Positions 1 through 12,405 of a stretch of 44,897 bases of DNA are shown one piece after another. Under the pieces are notes generated by a model. The model was not told where the DNA came from. It did no database searches and saw nothing but the letters and a program-made list of their open reading frames with translations. Location: positions 14,008,974 through 14,053,870 of the forward strand of contig NC_057749.1 of NCBI RefSeq assembly GCF_004010195.1. Direction: 5' to 3'. The DNA comes from Chiloscyllium plagiosum (lineage: Eukaryota). The first letter of the stretch is position 1, and each line of letters begins with the position of its first letter. Both the position numbers and the translations under genes were made by a program.

Positions 1-49
1 CAGATCTCTGGATTGCTAGACCTATGATAGGTTAAAATTTTAGAATTGA

Positions 50-525
50 ATCCTGAGATGTGGATGTAAATGGCCAGGCCAGCATTTATTGTACATCCCT
101 CATTATCCAGGAGAAGTTCAGTGAGCTGCCTTTTTGAACTGCTGCAGTCCATATGATGTAGGGACACCCACCGTGCTGTTAGGCAGGGAGATCTGGGAAT
201 TTAACCCAGCAGAGAGGGAAATCATTGGCCAACCCAGGAGCAGCACTCTGACACATAAATGAAGTATAGTGGGCCCCTCCATGCCCTATTGGGCCTTGAT
301 GTAAGCTCCTGTCTTAGGTCCTGGTTCCAAGGCAGGATGATGTGCAGCTTGGAGGACAACTTCCAGGTGCTTGGTGCTCCCCTATATCTGCAGCTGCTGT
401 CAATCTCCAGAGTTAGAGGTTATGGGTTTGGAAAGTTCTATTGTAGGGGTCTGGGTGAGCTGCTGCTGTGTACCTTTCAGATGGTATACACTGCTGTCAG
501 TAGTGGCACTCCAAATTATTGAACA
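50..525 (-). mobile_element. CR1-like LINE 3' fragment (same family as 21235-22200)
   Basis: Shares gtgagctgcct..ttgaactgctgcagtc and the gcatttattg tail with 21235-21560. Confidence 0.6.
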
Positions 526-1242
526 TGAGCACACGATGGGCTTTTCAATCTGAAAATCCTTTATTCAATTTATCATTTTTCCAGGTCTGGGCTCTAACTT
601 GTCAAAAGTCAAACATGTTTTCATTTGTGTCAAAATAGGATTGGGAAGTATTAAATTATGTGGGGAAGATTGGAATTGAGCATGTATATGTGAGCAAATC
701 CAACAAGACATGAAAAGGGCATGGCCATTGTGGGTGGAGGAGGGCTTCCTCAAAATGGAGGTCAGCAGTCATGCTCTGAAGTTGTTGAAGTCAATATTGA
801 ATCCTAGAACTCATTTTCTAGACACATTTCCACCTTTCTCATACATCATTTCCACCCATTTTGCATCTCTATCCCTCCTTTGCAACCATTAGCATTCCCT
901 TTGCCTTTTGCTCTGGGTACCCTCCCCATCTATTCCACTTACTACTCCTCCCCCTCTATCAACAACATAGAAAATACCATTTTCCAGTTCTGACAGAGTC
1001 ACATCACACCCAACATTAACTCTGTTTATCTGTCCAGAGATGCAGCCAGCATTTCTTATGTTAACTTAACACTTCACTAATGATATAAAATAAAACAAAT
1101 GTTAGAGGGGCAAAGAAAATCTGATAATCCTGACTTTCAGAGTAAAATGCCAGAATACACAGGTCAGTCTATGTACAAAAAAGTATTCTTTCTAATGTGA
1201 CCTTCAGGTCTGCCGAAGGTATCCATCTTAGAACATAGCTTA

Positions 1243-1570
1243 GAACTGTACAGCACAGGAACAGGGCCCTTCAAGCCATGATGTTGTGCCGAAAATGACA
1301 CCAAATTAAACTAATCCCTTCTGCCTGCCCTTGGTCCACATCCCTCCATTCCTTGCATATTCATGTGATTTCTAAAAGTCCCTTAAATGCCCCTAACGTA
1401 CCTACCTCCACCACCACCCTGGCAGCAGGTTGCAGACTCCTATCGCTGTTTTCATTTTAAAAAAAAAACCTTGCCCCTCATATTTTCCTTTTGAACTCTT
1501 TCTACCCCCACCACCATTCACCACCACCACCTTAAATGTGTGCCCTGAGCATTAGACATTTCAACTCTGG
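1243..1570 (-). mobile_element. CR1 LINE 3' end
   Basis: Reverse-complement CR1 tail (tacagcacaggaacagggccctt...ccttaaatgcccc...cttaaatgtgtgccct). Confidence 0.7.
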
Positions 1571-2170
1571 ATTGGAAAAAAAAATTAAGACTCGAGATCA
1601 TAAAATAAGTTTTTTTCCCCCGATACTGAATAGCATGTGGTGCATTTTCGGAAGTTTCTGGTTTTGTTAAATGTTAATACTTACCAAAGCAATGAAAACA
1701 AAACTATTGAATGTACCTGACAGATCTCTCTCTGCATGCAGATGCAGCCAGAGCAACCAGAGATCATTAACTCTCAATCTCTCCCTGAAACTGAGAGACT
1801 TGCTGAGCCTCTTTGTTTTTAATTCATCTGTACCCTTTTTTTAAGTTAAATTCCTGTATGATTTCGATATTTAAGTATACTAAGAAAATTAGAATAGTAC
1901 ATGTGAAGGGAAGATAATTTAAAAAGAGGTTTAAGATAACACAAATTGCTCAAACAGTTTTGATAGGATGTTGATTCCTGAGGCAACTGAGAGATTTCAA
2001 TAGCGTTAGGCATGATCTTAAGTAGATAAGGGAATTTGATTAATGCAGTTTAAAAATAGTGAAATAATTATAGCACCATTACTTTATCACATTATCAAGC
2101 TCACTAATCTTCAAGCAAACTTTACAGTGCTTCATTTAACATTTGACTCTACAATGCCATTAATTAGTGA

Positions 2171-2372
2171 TGATTTGGAGATGCCGGTGTTGGACTGGGG
2201 TATACAAAGTTAACAATCACACAATACCAGGTTAGAGTCCAACAGGTTTATTTGGAAGCATTAGCTTTCAGAGCACTGCTCCTTCATCCACCTAATGAAG
2301 GAGCAGCGCTCCGAAAGCTAGTGCTTCCAAATAAACCTGTTGGACTCGAACCTGGTGTCATGTGATTTTTAA
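2171..2372. mobile_element. Miniature fold-back Penelope-type element with hammerhead-like cores
   Basis: Inverted arms about 2212-2288 and 2293-2372; 12-bp TSD attaattagtga (2159-2170 and 2373-2384); core ctaatga-aggagcagcgctcc-gaaagcta-gtg. Confidence 0.8.
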
Positions 2373-3039
2373 ATTAATTAGTGACACCTTTTTTGACTCT
2401 GAATTAGAACATTTTATGGATATGATGCACACTCTAGAAGCTGAGCATTAATATCCAGTGTAATTTAGGCTAACATTATTGGAGCTGTTATTGCATGTAC
2501 ATTGTTGTTCGCAAGCTCAGTGGATATTATAAACTACTGGCTACTTGTGGATTCTGGTTGCATGTATTTGTGTGTTTACAGGGCAAGGCTTCAAAAGTGA
2601 TTCTGTCAATAAGGTAGTTTGTAATGACCCTGAGATGTGATGAATGAATAAGGTGCAATCTTAACATATGGTGACGTGAGCTTTTTTACCTCGTAAAAAC
2701 GTATATAGCAAACATGGAACAGGATAAGGAGTTGGATGATCAACCACATTCATATCGAATGGGGAAGCAGGTTCAAAAGGTCGAAATCATAGAATCAGAA
2801 TGGCCAACTCCAGTCTCTATTTGTCTATGTCTTTATGAAGCTTATTGGCCAGATCTAGAGGTCAGGTCTTCAGGATGTTAAAAAGGGATAGAATACGAAC
2901 ATCCTGCAGATACTTTAGCAGAAAAGTTTCTAGCCTCTGGGCTGGATTCGCACTGTTGGCTCAATGACTAAAGTCATCAGAATAAAGTCAACAACGTGGG
3001 TTACATCCTGCACTGGCTGTGCTACAGCTGGGAAAGCTC

Positions 3040-3350
3040 TGCACCTTGTGGAGTGGTCACCTCACACTGTCTGATGAGCCAACTCCTGGATACTAAACTA
3101 AAGCCACTAGTTATCATCTCAGGTGGTGTAAAAGATCTTATGGCATTATGTTTAAAAGCAAGGGAGTTCTCCCCAGTGTCCTGGTCATTATTTATAACCT
3201 CCACTAACATCACTAGCAACCAATGGTATGGTCATTATCATTTTTATATTTGAGAGCTTTGAGCATGAATGAACTGCTGTGTTTTTGGCACCCCAACATT
3301 GACTACATTTTACTCACACTTCTTTGGCTGTGAAGCACATTTTATAACCT
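3040..3350 (+). mobile_element. Deu-domain SINE remnant (SacSINE1/AmnSINE-like)
   Basis: Deu-domain motif agggagttctccccagtgtcctggtcattatttataacctccactaacatcact...ggtcattatca plus tail ttggctgtgaagcac. More decayed copies near 2400-2660, 20950-21200 and 43190-43270. Confidence 0.6.
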
Positions 3351-3599
3351 TGGATCAAAACTGACAAAATGCACTGGGTGTATGGATGATTAGTATCGAA
3401 ACAGAAAATTTGAAGCTGTGGGGCAGCTATGATTTTAAATTAACCACATTGTTGAAGTTGAGCAAACTGAAGAAAGATTTGTCATCTATAGCATGCCCTT
3501 GCTCTACCCAACCTTAACTGTTAACTTGAGAAAACGTTCCATGCACCAGCATTATCATCTGTTATAGAAGTTGCAGTCGCTGCATTAGATGCTAGGTTA

Positions 3600-3830
3600 G
3601 TAATACGATCGTGGGATACATGCAGTTATACCCAGTCAAGAGACAAGAAAGTTATGTTGCCTGCCTGGTGCAAGGTCCGAAACTGGAGAGATTCCAGTCA
3701 TTGTAGTCCAAGCATCAACAATGTAGAAACAACTTTTTTAAAAAAATGGTTCTGCTGGGAGATGTACAAGCAGACAGGAAATAAATTACAAAGCATAGCT
3801 TCAGAGGTAATAATCTGATTACCTGAGCCA
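3600..3830 (+). mobile_element. CR1 ORF1 (SGNH esterase) remnant
   Basis: tgcctgcctggtgcaagg (CLPGAR) followed by decayed VVVH and KLKS..KVIISGLLPEP motifs; homologous to 39148-39342(-). Confidence 0.55.
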
Positions 3831-3893
3831 TCATCTTCTAGCAAGGGCAATTAGGGACAGGCTTTGCCAGTGACACCCACATCCCATGAATTA

Positions 3894-4747
3894 CTGTATG
3901 CACTGGTGTAAAAGCCGACTGTCTATTTTTAGCCAAAAAGTTTCCATATACCTCGTGTAAAAGTCAACCCTAGTTCTTCACAGATAACGGATCAATATTT
4001 GAGAGTCAAGGTATTATCTTGTACATAAATGTTACGATGAGGAAATGAATCTCTTTTTCTGTGCTATTGTGCTTTGTACAATTCACACCAATTTAGCGTG
4101 AAATTTGAAGATGCATCAGGTCAGAGTCAGGTGACAACCTCCCTTTGAATTAAAATTAGAATCAGAATCCCTACAGTGCAGCTCAGCTTCCCAGTAGCAC
4201 TCATGGAATACACTCACATACCTAGTAGAGATTCTGAAATTATGTAAAAATGCCCTCCAGAAAAAAAACAATAAAAGATACAGCAGTGTTTAAACTGAAA
4301 GTTATTGAAGTTGCAGAGAAGACAAATAAACGGTGTAGCAGCCAGAGAATTGTGTGCTTGGGAGAAACTTGAGAGAGATAGATATCAAACCAACTTCAGA
4401 CAATGTTAAACCGAGAGTGTGCCAGAGGTAAACTTAGCAGGTGGCCACAATCAGAAAAAAAAAGTGTTGCTGAGTGGGTACTGGAAAATTGTCAAGATGG
4501 AAAATATTAGTTGTGAAGCCATCCGAATCCACATACAAAACCAATCAAAGAAGGATGGAATTTTGGATTTTAAAGCAAGTGCTGGCTGGTGCCTAAACAT
4601 CGTGAGAAGCCATGACTTAGTTCTCTGCCAAAGCACTCAGCTTGCACAAAAGCTGCCTGTGAATTAAAAGATAAGATAAGATGTTACACAGTTTCACCAG
4701 TTGGTAATTAGAAATCGGCAAAAGGGAGGCTTCTGCTAATGATACAG
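3894..4747 (+). mobile_element. pogo/Tc2-type DNA transposon, internally deleted, with transposase N-terminal remnants
   Basis: TA|CTGTAT...ATACAG|TA ends; Brinker-like FKLKVIEVAEKTN near 4290; CENP-B-type HTH FKASAGWCLNIVRSHDLVLCQSTQLAQKLP (ORF 4419-4667); frameshifted. Confidence 0.75.
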
Positions 4748-4862
4748 TATTTTGGACTGTAGAGGTTGCAAAAACAGTAAAAAGACACAGTTAAATGTTC
4801 TGAATCCAAGTGCATGCAGCATTTGTAACAAAATAGACAAATTGTTAACACAGAAATAAGTA

Positions 4863-5207
4863 CAGTAGCGCCTCGACATACAAACGACCCTGTTCATGAA
4901 CAAATCGGTTTACGAACAGGATTGTACGTAAAATTTTGCTTCAAGGTACGAACAGAGTGAAGTGCAGGCTTTTGTTGAGAGGCATCACCCTAACAAAACT
5001 GTGACCAACAGAGCAGTGAACATTTTAAAATTCTGCAAAAAAGAAAAAAAACAACAAGTTTCTCTGGATCGTTTTCTTGTGGCATCACCAACCTCAAAGA
5101 GACAAAAAAGAGAAAAGACTCCAGAAATATCCAAACAATGGAAAAATTGATTCAGTTCGCGAACTGGGTCCCAGAACGGATTAAGTTCTTAAGTCGAGGT
5201 GCTGCTG
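4863..5207 (+). mobile_element. Tigger-type MITE/deletion derivative
   Basis: Imperfect TIRs of about 23 bp (cagtagcgcctcgacatacaaac / gttcttaagtcgaggtgctgctg), TA TSDs, and an internal peptide FVERHHPNK...QVSLDRFLV resembling the Tigger transposase C-terminus. Confidence 0.85.
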
Positions 5208-5488
5208 TATGTATGTTTTGATAGATATCACAGACATGGTTGCAGACTGCCCTATCTTTGGATAGAAAACGCAGTTCAGGTATGTGCAATTGTGTATGTG
5301 AAATTTTCACCACCATCTAAAACTGCCCCACTCTCAAACAGTTGAGTGAATGGAAAGTGGATTGAGATGTAACCTAAATTCAAATTTCTTAGTATCCAAA
5401 TTGTGGGCAAAGATCTAGAAACACAAGATGGAATAAAACAAAACAGAAATTAAAGAGAAACAAGAGGGTGGAGTGTGTGTATAGAATA

Positions 5489-5660
5489 AGTGCCAGAGGA
5501 AGTGATGGAGGCTGGTACAATTACAACACTTAAAAGGCACCTGGATAAGTACACGAATAGGGAGGGCTGAGGGGGATATGGGCCAAATGCTGGCAAATAG
5601 GACTAGATTAATTTAGGATATCTGTTCAGTGCCGATGAGTTGGACAGAAGGGTCTCTTTG
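5489..5660 (+). mobile_element. CR1/HER1 LINE 3' tail
   Basis: tgccagaggaagtgatggaggctggtacaattacaaca...gagggggatatgggccaaatgctggc, homologous to 12210-12400. Confidence 0.75.
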
Positions 5661-6021
5661 CGTATGAATAGAGGAGAAAAAAAGAATAAATTCCTGTAAT
5701 GAGAATTATATCTGGTAATTAATTATTTATGTCACAGAGCCAGAAAATACGTCAGTTGCTAATAAGGAAACATTTATGACAACATGTTACCTCCAAAGTG
5801 TGACTTCTGTTATGTGTCAGGCCCAACTGAATCACATTCCTTAATAAACAGGAAATTATGACATCAGTAAGATTACAATTTAAAATTTTCAGCATACTCC
5901 AGATGTTTGGAGTCATGTACCTGTCATACATTTATTAGAACTATAGTTAAAAGCCCATAAAGGTTCCATTTGGAGAAAGTACCCCTGCAGTACATAGCTC
6001 ATTGCAATGCAACTTGTGGGT

Positions 6022-6341
6022 GGGCGGCACGGTGGCACAGTGGTTAGCACTGCTGCCTCACAGCGCCAGAGACCCGGGTTCAATTCCCGCCTCAGGCGAC
6101 TGACTGTGTGGAGTTTGCACGTTCTCCCCGTGTCTGCGTGGGTTTCCTCCGGGTGCTCCGGTTTCCTCCCACAATCCAAAGATGTGCAGGGTCAGGTGAA
6201 TTGGCCATACTAAATTGCCTGTAGTGTTAGGTAAGGGGGTGAATGTGGGGGTATGGGGTGGGTTTCGCTTCGGCGGGTTGGTGTGGACTTGTTGGGCCGA
6301 AGGGCATGTTTCCACACTGTAATCTAATCTAATCTAATCTA
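6022..6341 (+). mobile_element. HE1-type V-SINE (tRNA-derived), full length and young
   Basis: A box ggcacagtggttagc, B box ggttcaattcc, V-domain tgtgtggagtttgcacgttctccccgtgtctgcgtgggtttcctccggg, CR1-derived tail and (aatct)4. Confidence 0.92.
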
Positions 6342-6429
6342 AACAATTTACACAGCATGCAAAGTGAGGTTGGCACTGCAAAGCTCACCCTGGAAAGGTT
6401 TTAAAATCTTGGAAGAACATTCCTTTCAC

Positions 6430-6925
6430 CAGTGACTTGCTCTTGGATTCAGCTTGGCTGCAGGGGATGAAGTATCCTTTTTTCCCCACCACTTTATTCC
6501 ACTGAGATTCTTCTATATTGGTATCAATGGGCTGTTGTATTAATGGTGCCCAAAGTAGGAGTCTTCTTCAGTTGGTGGTGAGACCATTGGTGAAGAAGCC
6601 CAATGTGTGAGTGAAGACTCTGACACACACCGGGCAGGTGGTCTTTCAAGAGCCAGGTAGTTGTGTTTGTTTGAATCCTGTGAAGCTTGAACGACATCTC
6701 CTCTACATGTTCTCTAAGAAATCTCGATGTGTTTGGTACCTTCTCCAGTTTGATCAGTCACAAGCCAGGGACTCCCGTTAGTCAAGTGGGAATGTCTGAT
6801 CTTTTTAGGAATGTTTAATGAAGTTTTTCTGTGGTCCCAAGAATCTCCTGATATGACTGAGTTCAGAGTACAGCAGTTATTTCGGTTATCTGGTGTCAGG
6901 CATGAGTGGCATATTCTGCCTATTT
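6430..6925 (-). mobile_element. RTE-clade LINE 3' fragment
   Basis: Minus-strand translation retains PDTR.PK.LLYSEL, ESLACD..NWRR and a terminal C..C zinc-knuckle remnant, with many stops. Confidence 0.7.
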
Positions 6926-8104
6926 GGGGAGTGTTAATAAAAAAAACAGCAGTCTCTAAAATCAGACACTATCCAAATTCATAGTTTGAATGTCTAATTG
7001 GTTAGTTTATTTTTGAACTCATAATATTAAAAGTATCTTTTGAAGAAAAAAGGGGGTAGGTCATTTGGCTCATCAAATCTGCTTCTTGAATGAAAGATGC
7101 ACAGGCCACACCTCTTGGGTTTACACAGTTAGAAGGATGATGAAACAAAGTTTCAATATTTAGGAGTTTAAAAACTATAGAATTTCCTCCAGACATGATT
7201 ACTTTGTCCAGTAGAGAATGCCTTCAAGTGCTCCATACTAGTTAAAAATCCAAATTTGGTCCAACATGCTTCTTTCTGAAAAGAAAAAAAGTCCTGGAGA
7301 TCAGTGGATCAGGCAGGATCCATGGCGAGGGAGCTAATGTTTTACGTCTAGATGGGTCTTCATTGGAGCTTCTTTCTCTCTTATATGCAGATAGTGATCC
7401 TCAAAAAGGGGTCTATTAGTTTAGCAATAAATTATTTCAACAAGTTTATTTTACCCTCAGTGGAACAGCTGTGTATATTAAAAACATACATATATTTGTC
7501 ATAAATGAGTTTCAGTTATTTTGTTTATTCATCTTCTAGTCTAAAGATTTCACAGTTCAACTTCCCACCCAGCTTTGTATCGTGTGCAAACTTGGACATT
7601 TTAGATTCCTCTAAGCCACTAATCTAAAATTATTTTTAGCACTCCATTCAAATGAACACCTTTGGATGGAGTAATGGAAATAGCAAGGTAGACCTGTGTT
7701 CTATTTTACTGAGTCTTTTGAATAGCGGTGACAATATGCATTATTACACACTTGATGTAGTCTGGAGCTATGGATTGGCTTACTGATAGCTGTCAAACCA
7801 CTAAGTAGGAATCTCGCCTGCTCTTAACCAACTGAGGATTGTTTTTGAAGAATTTGCAGGTGAATACTTGACCTATTTGGCAAATGTGGTGAACATACAT
7901 TCCTTGGTTATCAGATGTTGGAATAGGACTTGAACTGTGAACCAGTGCACCACAAGACGTTGATGTTTGAGGTGACAGAATGCATTTCACTGCATATGTT
8001 TGATTTAATGTGATAAACCTTCTCTCCCTGTCTCAACAAACTCCAATTACAATAGTAGCAGGTAGTTACCTAACCAACCTGTTCAAAGATCTTGTTACAC
8101 TCTA

Positions 8105-8226
8105 AACAAAAACTGAAAGAACTGCAGATGCCATACATCAGGTTCTGAGGAAGGGTCACTTGACCCAAAATGTTAACTCTGATTTCTCTGCCAGACCTGC
8201 TGAGCTTTTCTAGCAATTTTTGTTTG
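8105..8226 (+). mobile_element. Penelope pLTR-derived remnant with decayed hammerhead core
   Basis: ctgagga-agggtc-actt-gaccc-aaaa-tgtt followed by ccagacctgctgagcttttctagca. Confidence 0.6.
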
Positions 8227-8227
8227 T

Positions 8228-8810
8228 GGTGTTAGTACACATATCTGGGGCAGGTGGGAGTTGAATCCAGGCTTATGGCCTCTAGGTAGGAACACTACCA
8301 AAATACCAAAAGAGCCCCACTAGCAAGTAATACTGAAAACATGAGGACGGAGTCCGTAACAAGACAATGAAAAAACTGCTACTGTGTCACAGGACCCCAA
8401 TAGGTTCTGTTGGATGTTAAACCTTCAGTATTTCAGGGTATGTAGGTAAATAGGTGTTGATTATTAATTACAGTTGCATGTGTATCCAAAGAAATTGGGT
8501 GGGGGTGGTTCATATGGCACAATGGTAGTATCCCTACCTCTGAGCTAGGGTGCCTGGATTCCGAACCCACCTGCTCCAGAGTTATACAATAACATTGAAC
8601 AGATTGATTGATTTGATTTTGATTAGAAGAGATCTACATTAGGTCATTACATGTTGTTTTTGGTGGTGTTGCAAATACTTGCATGTGTATCAAAAGCAGA
8701 GGGGCTCTTGTAGCACAGTGCTGGTGTTCCTACCCCTGGGCCAGCAAGCCCAGGTTAAATTTCCACAGGCTTCAGTCGTGTGCCATGTCATCTCTGAACT
8801 GGTTCATTAG
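8228..8810. mobile_element. Cluster of three short tRNA-headed SINEs (8228-8320 -, 8500-8625 +, 8701-8810 +)
   Basis: Mutually similar heads (tggcacaatggtagtatccctacctctgagc...cccacctgctccaga); another copy near 32150-32250. Confidence 0.55.
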
Positions 8811-9087
8811 GCAGACCCAACCAATGTAAGGGGGTTGTTTAGTGCCAAGCTGTTAGCTCTATAACCAGCAGTAAGCACTGACTCCACCAGAAGCAATCTG
8901 GACGCCTCACTAATATGCAAGGAGACTCTATAAATCTAGAATATAAAACTAGTCTTAGTAATTGTGACTGTGAGTGTCATCAATTGTTGTAAAATCATCA
9001 ACTCCACTTAGGGAAGGAAATCTATCATTGTTACTTGGTCTGGCCTACATGCAACTGCAGACCCACAGCAATGTGTGATTCTGAACT

Positions 9088-9580
9088 AAGACCATAAAGC
9101 ACAGGAGCACAAGTTGGCCTTTGCTCTGAGTTTGTTTGGTCATTCAGTGAGATCATGGTTGAATTAATAATCTTTAAGTCCACTTCTTGCCTTTACTACA
9201 TAACCCTTTATTTCCTTTTTTTGCTGCATTGAATATTCTTAATGACCTAACCCTTGGTAGTAAAGAGCTCCACAGATTCACGACCCTCAGGGGAAAAAAT
9301 AATCCTCCTCGTTTCTATCTTAAATGGATGACCCCTTACTCTAAGATCCAGACTCTCCCACAAGGGGAAACAACCTTTCCACACAATCCTATCAAACATT
9401 TAAGAATCATAATGTTTCAATAAGCTTTCTTATTGATCTAAGCTCCAATAAGTACAAACTCAACCTACTCAAACTATCCTCAAGAAAATCACTCCATACT
9501 GGGGATAAAAACCAGTGAAACTTCTCTGGCCTGCCAGTATATCTTTGCTTTGATAAGGGGACTAAAACTGTTCATAGTAA
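9088..9580 (-). mobile_element. CR1 LINE 3' fragment
   Basis: Reverse-complement CR1 tail and RT C-terminal region (ccacagattcacgaccctc, ggggactaaaactg). Confidence 0.65.
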
Positions 9581-10489
9581 ATTTTGTAAAAAGCCACTCT
9601 GTTCAAAGGCTATTAAAGGTGAGCCAAAACTCCTGGTCTTGCTGGCTACACCCACATCCCATGAATTAAGAGGCGGGGGGGGGGAAAAAGATAAACTGCT
9701 TTGGAGGGGACCAGAACTGGGAGCATAGCTAGAAGAGTGCTGTGCTGTACTGTACAGTTCTATGTTCTAAGCTGGCTACAAATAACTTGATGAATAGTGT
9801 GAGCATTGAGTGCGCTACCACAGAGTGGTTGAGGTATGTAATATGGTGCGTATAAAGAGGAAGCAGAGTAAACACACAGGAGCAGAGATGCATTGATAAG
9901 TCGGATGAAGGTTAGAGGCTGATTTGGAAGTATTATCAGCTTTGACAGATGGACCAAACTAGCATGATTCAGCACAGTGTGTAATGATATTTTGGTGTCA
10001 GTGTGTGTAAACCATCTTGAATACCATGATTTCATCATCCGTTTCAAAGCACTCACCAGAATACTTTTTACTTTAGAAAAAATGTCAGGAACAGACCAAG
10101 AGGGATGGAATGTATCAAGGGAAGTTAACAAGGGAAGATATTTTTGCAAATAGTCTGAGCTCCCCTCTGTCACTTTCCCACCTTGCTGGAGACTTTGGGC
10201 TGAAATTTTTTTTTGGGTTAAATGTCAGGTTTCATGGAGAGTTTCTCTCTGAGACTTGAAGAATTTTCTTGTCCAACCTGCTTCATACCCTACCTCACCT
10301 GAACAATGCTCCTCTCTCCTGATTCTAGCCCCATTCTACCACTCGCTGTACCCAGAATAGCTCACCACTGTTGGAATACCTGAAAGTAGCCAGCGTCCCT
10401 GCTGCCAGTACCATTGTTTTTAAAAAGCCATTGTGCATCTAGACAAGCACAGCTGGTCTGGCTGACTTTGTGTCTGCATTAGACTTCAC

Positions 10490-10976
10490 ATAAAGACAGC
10501 AGGTATATGAGCCTCAAATCTTTTACCTGAGGAGGCACGGCAATGAAAGAGTGAGGTGCTTTGACAGCGAGCGGAGATGCGAGGTGGCAGCAGCAGTGGA
10601 ATTGGAGACTCCTGGTTGTGGGGCGAGTGTGGGTTCAGCAGTGAAGAGATGGTCCTTAAAGTGTGATGACTGTTACATTGGTGGGTCTGGCGCAGGCACA
10701 TTGAGGCATTGGAGAGATCTCTTCTAGTTACTGGAAGCTAGGTGCTAGTGTAGTCTGGGTTGGAAAGTCTGTTATTCTGAACGTTTTTATCTATTCTTCT
10801 AACTTGTTCCTATGATCTGTAATGATAGACTCTTATTAATTTATTTTTCTTTTCTTCTTCCTGGGTTTTTTCTTAATGTGTACCTAGCACTCTTGTGTTG
10901 AGATGGTGCTGTAAGTGGCGATATGTAAACTTTTCACCGTACTCGTGTGAGTACACGTGGCAATTAAACTAATTCA
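10490..10976 (+). mobile_element. Non-autonomous retroelement with Rex1-like 3' tail
   Basis: 3' end cttttcaccgtactcgtgtgagtacacgtggcaattaaa resembles the reverse complement of the Rex1 tail at about 30795-30835; GC-rich 5' part and no ORF. Confidence 0.45.
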
Positions 10977-11177
10977 GAGATGCAGCCTGGTCCAGCCCAT
11001 GAGCTGAGTGCATGTCCCTTTGTGTGTCACCAGTCCCTCTGGAGCCTGCCCTGCGATATTGGCACCCTGTTTCGAACATGGCCATCATTCGGAGCAATCC
11101 ATCAGGGACCCGTTTTGGTTCCCACGTCAACTTTTCTCTGCGTCTGAAATAAAACAAACACCTGTGGGCGCTTTAAT

Positions 11178-11332
11178 TCTGAAATGAAAATGGGAAATGC
11201 AGGAATAAATCTGTAGGTCCAGCAGCACCTGTGGAGAGAGCAACTCTGGACTCAATGTTAACTCTGTTTTCCCCCTCTCCCTGTAGATGTTGCTGGATCT
11301 GCTGAATTTCTCCAACATTTCTGTTTTGTTTC
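11178..11332. mobile_element. Decayed fold-back Penelope pLTR remnant
   Basis: Imperfect palindrome gaaatgcaggaataaatctgtaggtccagcagcacctgtggagag / ctctccctgtagatgttgctggatctgctgaatttctccaacatttc. Confidence 0.55.
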
Positions 11333-11554
11333 CCAACGCTGAGCTTGTTTGGTGAGCTTGGTAAGATAGGAAGCTAAATCGTAACGAGTAGAGTTGGTCT
11401 GTTAACAAGGTATTGAGTAAGCATAGTTCCCCTTAAACCACCACTTGCTACTACCTAACGACAAACACACAATGCTGACTGAATGGGATAAAATTTGGAG
11501 CAAAATGCTCTCTGTTGAAGGGGACCTCATCACACTTTATCACCCAATTCTAGA

Positions 11555-12405
11555 ACTGGATTTTGACCAGCTAGGTCAATGGGCTGAGGAATGGCAGATG
11601 GAGTTTAATATTGGATTAATGCGAGATGCAGTGTTTTTGGAAAAGCAAATCCGAGCAGGACTTGTACACCTTTTTAATGGCAAGGTCCTGGGGTGTGTCA
11701 CTGATCAAAGAGACCTTGGAGTGCAGGTTCATAGCTCCTTGAAAGTGGCGTTGTAGGTAGATAGGATAGTGAAGAAGGCGTTTGGTATGCTTTCCTTTAT
11801 TGGTCAGAGTATTGGGTACAGGAGTTGGAAGGTCATGTTGCAGCTGTACAGGAAATTGGTTAGGCCACTGTTGGAATATTGCGTGCAATTCTGGTCTCCT
11901 TCCTATCAAAAGGATGTTGTGAGGGTTCAGAAAAGATTTACAAGGATATTGCCAGTGTTGGAGGATTTGAGCTATAGGGAGAGGCTGAACAGGCTGGGCT
12001 GTTTTCCCTGGAGTGTCGGAGGCTGCGGCATGACCTTATATCAAGGTTTATAAAATTATGAGGGGCATAGATAGGGTAAATAAACAAGGTCTTTTCCCTG
12101 GGGTGGGGGAGTCCAGAACTAGAGGGCATAGGTTTAGGGTGAGAGGGGGAAGATATAACAGGGACCTAAGGGGCAACGTTTTCACGCAGAGGGTGGTACG
12201 TGTGTGGAATGGGCTGCCAGAGGGAGTGGTGGAGCCTAGTACAATTACCACATTTTTAAAAGGCATCTGAATAGTATATGAATAGGCAGGGTTTGGAAGG
12301 ATATGAGCTAAGTGCTGGCAAATAGGACCTAAGTTAAGTTAGGACATCTGGTCTGCATGGATGAGTTGGAGCGAAGGGTCTGTTTCCATATTGGATATCT
12401 CTGAC
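11555..12405 (+). mobile_element. CR1/HER1 LINE, 5'-truncated ORF2 C-terminus and 3' tail
   Basis: DQLGQWAEEWQMEFN, DLGVQVHSSLKVA, LVRPLLEYCVQFWSP and RTRGHRFRVRG motifs; frameshifted. Confidence 0.93.

Noticed and set aside
5858..5900. MTSVRLQFK resembling the PSTPIP1 N-terminus (LQFK)
   Set aside because: It is not followed by DAFW or a phase-0 donor.
6022..6095. tRNA-like A/B boxes here and at other SINE heads
   Set aside because: They are 5' ends of tRNA-derived SINEs, not tRNA genes.
5913..6315. Recurring ORFs such as MDCGRKPEHPEETHADTGR (also about 24.5, 40.7 and 41.1 kb)
   Set aside because: These are translations of HE1 SINE sequence.
9760..10173. 137-aa minus-strand ORF (and the 133-aa ORF at 12473-12874)
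   Set aside because: Non-ATG starts, no recognisable domain and no supporting splice structure.
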